Positions 61,716-64,000 of a stretch of DNA of 64,000 nt are shown here, piece by piece. The translations under genes were made by a program, and so were the position numbers. The notes beneath the pieces are model-generated. The model saw only the letters and a list, made by a program, of their open reading frames with translations, searched no databases and was not told where the DNA came from. Location of the stretch: the NCBI GenBank assembly GCA_039090665.1, contig JAWCSL010000001.1, positions 23,308 through 87,307 on the forward strand. Direction: 5' to 3'. Source of the DNA: Candidatus Aenigmatarchaeota archaeon. GTDB lineage: Archaea > Aenigmatarchaeota > Aenigmatarchaeia > CG10238-14 > SCSR01. The number at the start of each line of letters is the position of its first letter. The first letter of the stretch is position 1.

Positions 61716-62643
61716 ATGATATTTTTAAATTTACAAGTTTATCTAGTAGTTCTCCGTTTACATATCCATTGAGAAAATAATATAAAAACTTATTCAAAAG
61801 AGAAGATGACAATTCCCTGTATTGTTTATCTTGAATATATGTAGAAAAAATGAATTTTACAATGAAAGGGTAATCTTCTCTTCCAGTTAAATAACCTCCA
61901 TACCATTTTGAAATAAAACTTTTCAATTTTGGAATAAAATACATTTCTTTTTTCTGTTTTGGAAGGTAACAAATTACTAATGTAACATCATCTCTTATGC
62001 CAATTTTTTCGAGTAAGGAGGGTATTCCCAGTTCTTCAACTTGTTTTTTCCAATTTTCTATTCCAAGAGATTCTTTTTTTATCCATGTAACAAATGATGA
62101 AATAAGAATGAAGGAATAAATAAATTCGTTAAGAAGAGGCAAAACCTTTATGCCAATATTGTTCATTATTTTTTTTAAATCAATACCCCCTTTTTCTTTA
62201 CCACTTGGAAAAATTAATAGTTCTTCATTAATTAGATATTCTCTAAATTTACTCCTTATTCTTTCATCCACATTATCTAAATTTACTATGTATTCACCGC
62301 TATAAATTCCAGAAATTATAAGATATAAAAATCTATAAATTTCGTCTTCACTCGGATTTTCTTTTCCAAGGTAGAAATTTGGTGCTTGGTCTGGAGATAT
62401 TATTGTTGGTATGAGCGACGCATCATATTTTTTATCTTCCTTTACACACTTTTCTATCAGTGATTTAAAAATATTTAGCATATTCTTTTCTAATTCACTC
62501 TCATGAACTTTCATTTTCCCTTTAATAATGTAATAACCTTTTCTTAATCTCTGTTGTAATAATCTTCTGACTATTGGTAGAGCATAACTTCTATTACTTT
62601 TTTCCTTTAAGAAATTTTCTAAAAGTTCTTTATAGTTTGTCAT
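61633..62643 (-). CDS. Uncharacterised 336-aa protein encoded between cas3 and cas4
   Basis: An ORF overlapping the cas3 stop by 4 nt (ATGA) and the cas4 5' end. It has no HD, RecA, RAMP or nuclease motif that I can recognise. Confidence 0.5.
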   Translation of the reverse strand: MTNYKELLENFLKEKSNRSYALPIVRRLLQQRLRKGYYIIKGKMKVHESELEKNMLNIFKSLIEKCVKEDKKYDASLIPTIISPDQAPNFYLGKENPSEDEIYRFLYLIISGIYSGEYIVNLDNVDERIRSKFREYLINEELLIFPSGKEKGGIDLKKIMNNIGIKVLPLLNEFIYSFILISSFVTWIKKESLGIENWKKQVEELGIPSLLEKIGIRDDVTLVICYLPKQKKEMYFIPKLKSFISKWYGGYLTGREDYPFIVKFIFSTYIQDKQYRELSSSLLNKFLYYFLNGYVNGELLDKLVNLKISYELKEKTRKVYGFSEARQFFSKLSENI

Positions 62644-64000
62644 ATTATTTCACTCCCTACTTCTCTAAAACCATAAAAACTATTGTAAATTTTGTCTTTT
62701 AAATCTACTATTGGAAGAGCTTTTCTTTCTTCGTCTCTTAAGTATTTGCGAACCCACCATATTGGAACCGGAACACTAACTTCTTTAAATTCTGCTAATA
62801 ATTTTCTTCTTTCATTAAAATTTTTATTTTTGAAGTCCTGACATAGAAGCTCTTCTATACATTTTTTAACTTCTTCGTCCTCTACACATTCAGGAGAAGG
62901 TATGATTAAAGTAGTGAAGCTATCCCTGTAACTTAATATTTTCGCCAATTCTTCTTCTGAAATATCAAGCGAAAAGAAAAATTGAAGGAGTTCTTCAAAT
63001 TGCTCCAAATTAACTTTTTTAGTCTCTCTTTGCAAAATTTCCAATAATTTATCATAAGTATATATTTCATCAAGATTTTTTAAAAGGTCAAACTCACTTT
63101 TTAAGTTATTACTTAATTCTTCAACTATTTTCTTAGCAATACATAATTCATCAGATGTATATGGATAGTATCGCTCATTCTCAATTTTTGGCTTAAAAAT
63201 TTTCACATTTACTTCTTCTGTTTTCACACCTCTTCTATTTACCCTTCCAAATCGTTGAATTAAAGAGGGAAGAGGGGCTAATTCTGTAAACATAAAATCA
63301 TAAGAAACATCTAATGAGACTTCGCATACTTGAGTTGTTATAAGTATGTGGGGTTTTTCTTTTAATTTTTCTATCTCATCCTCTTTTCTTTTTCTATCTT
63401 TATACATAAACCTTGCATGCAAAAGTAAAACATTTTCTTTTCCCACTTCTTTCACCAATTTTTCTGCAATTTCAATGGATTTTTCAACTGTATTTACAAC
63501 AACGATTACTTTCTTACCATCTTTAAAATTCTTAACTATATCATCAATATGGAGATCTAAGTCTTCGTCCAAATACTCGAACAATGCTCTCCTTTTTGCT
63601 TTATATCCATAGGAGAAATCTAGAAAAGAATTCTGAGTTAAATTTAGCTCACTTGCTAAGTATTTTTCTAAACCTTTCGAAAGAGTTGCAGACATAAATA
63701 GAACTTTGAAACTGTATATATTTTGAAATTTCTTAAGAAAGTACGTTAGAAGACTTAACATTAGTGGATTTAATAAATGTACTTCATCTAACACTATACC
63801 TGAATTTCTAAACATTACACGCTTTGTATAATATTTTCCAACCTGTAAAAATGATAGGAGAAATTGATCTACGGTAGTTATTACAAAGGGTTTTATGAAA
63901 TTTTCTATGAAAAACATGTTTTGTAAAAGATCTAAATCTTCTTTTACTTCAGTATCATAGAAATAGAAGTATTTTATCACATTCCTCCCAAAAACGTTTT
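62640..64000 (-). CDS. cas3: Cas3 helicase (partial; N-terminus beyond window edge)
   Basis: Motif Ia is TTVDQ, motif II is LDEVH (DExH), motif III is MSATL and motif VI is LIQRFGRVNRRG, followed by a C-terminal domain. The reading frame remains open to position 64000, and the track's 'M' at 63980 is a GTG. Confidence 0.8.
   Translation of the reverse strand, partial: NVFGRNVIKYFYFYDTEVKEDLDLLQNMFFIENFIKPFVITTVDQFLLSFLQVGKYYTKRVMFRNSGIVLDEVHLLNPLMLSLLTYFLKKFQNIYSFKVLFMSATLSKGLEKYLASELNLTQNSFLDFSYGYKAKRRALFEYLDEDLDLHIDDIVKNFKDGKKVIVVVNTVEKSIEIAEKLVKEVGKENVLLLHARFMYKDRKRKEDEIEKLKEKPHILITTQVCEVSLDVSYDFMFTELAPLPSLIQRFGRVNRRGVKTEEVNVKIFKPKIENERYYPYTSDELCIAKKIVEELSNNLKSEFDLLKNLDEIYTYDKLLEILQRETKKVNLEQFEELLQFFFSLDISEEELAKILSYRDSFTTLIIPSPECVEDEEVKKCIEELLCQDFKNKNFNERRKLLAEFKEVSVPVPIWWVRKYLRDEERKALPIVDLKDKIYNSFYGFREVGSEII

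Noticed and set aside
62640-63980. Treating the Cas3 ORF as complete, starting at the 'M' at 63980
   Set aside because: The codon at 63978-63980 is GTG, and the frame stays open to the window edge. The helicase Walker A and HD domain must lie upstream, so the gene is partial.

Overview
This is an AT-rich archaeal chromosomal segment with small, tightly packed genes, plausibly a DPANN-like lineage. The archaeal assignment rests on rpoN, rpoK, tfb, aIF5A, an archaeal histone, archaeal-type adenylate kinase and a 16S rRNA with an archaeal 5' end. The window holds housekeeping genes (argS, glmS, deoxyhypusine synthase, two adenylate kinases, thiI, H+-PPase, an ABC transporter, a histone-deacetylase-like gene, a ZIP transporter, ZPR1, AMMECR1, Ku plus an ATP-dependent DNA ligase, a THUMP methyltransferase and a KaiC-like ATPase). 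It also holds three tRNAs (Met with intron, His, Ala) and an atypical rRNA locus: 16S and 23S are about 3.5 kb apart with a protein-coding gene antisense between them, and both carry several short insertions flanked by inverted repeats. At the 3' end there is a type I CRISPR-Cas adaptation module (cas3 partial, an unknown 336-aa gene, cas4, cas1, cas2) next to a 30-repeat array. Candidates for novel biology are: (i) a seven-gene minus-strand cluster at 37.6-44.1 kb (two small TM peptides, two large unknown proteins, two paralogous nucleotidyltransferase/HEPN-like fusion proteins flanking a coiled-coil protein); (ii) the unknown gene inside the cas operon; (iii) a highly divergent family-B-polymerase-like gene with degenerate catalytic motifs; (iv) the rRNA insertions. 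Several genes (PRTase-like, GNAT, GIY-YIG, bPH-like, a PMM fragment) look frameshifted or truncated, which may be genome decay or homopolymer assembly errors. The supplied ORF track reports GTG/TTG starts as M, so several starts were re-placed at a nearby ATG.
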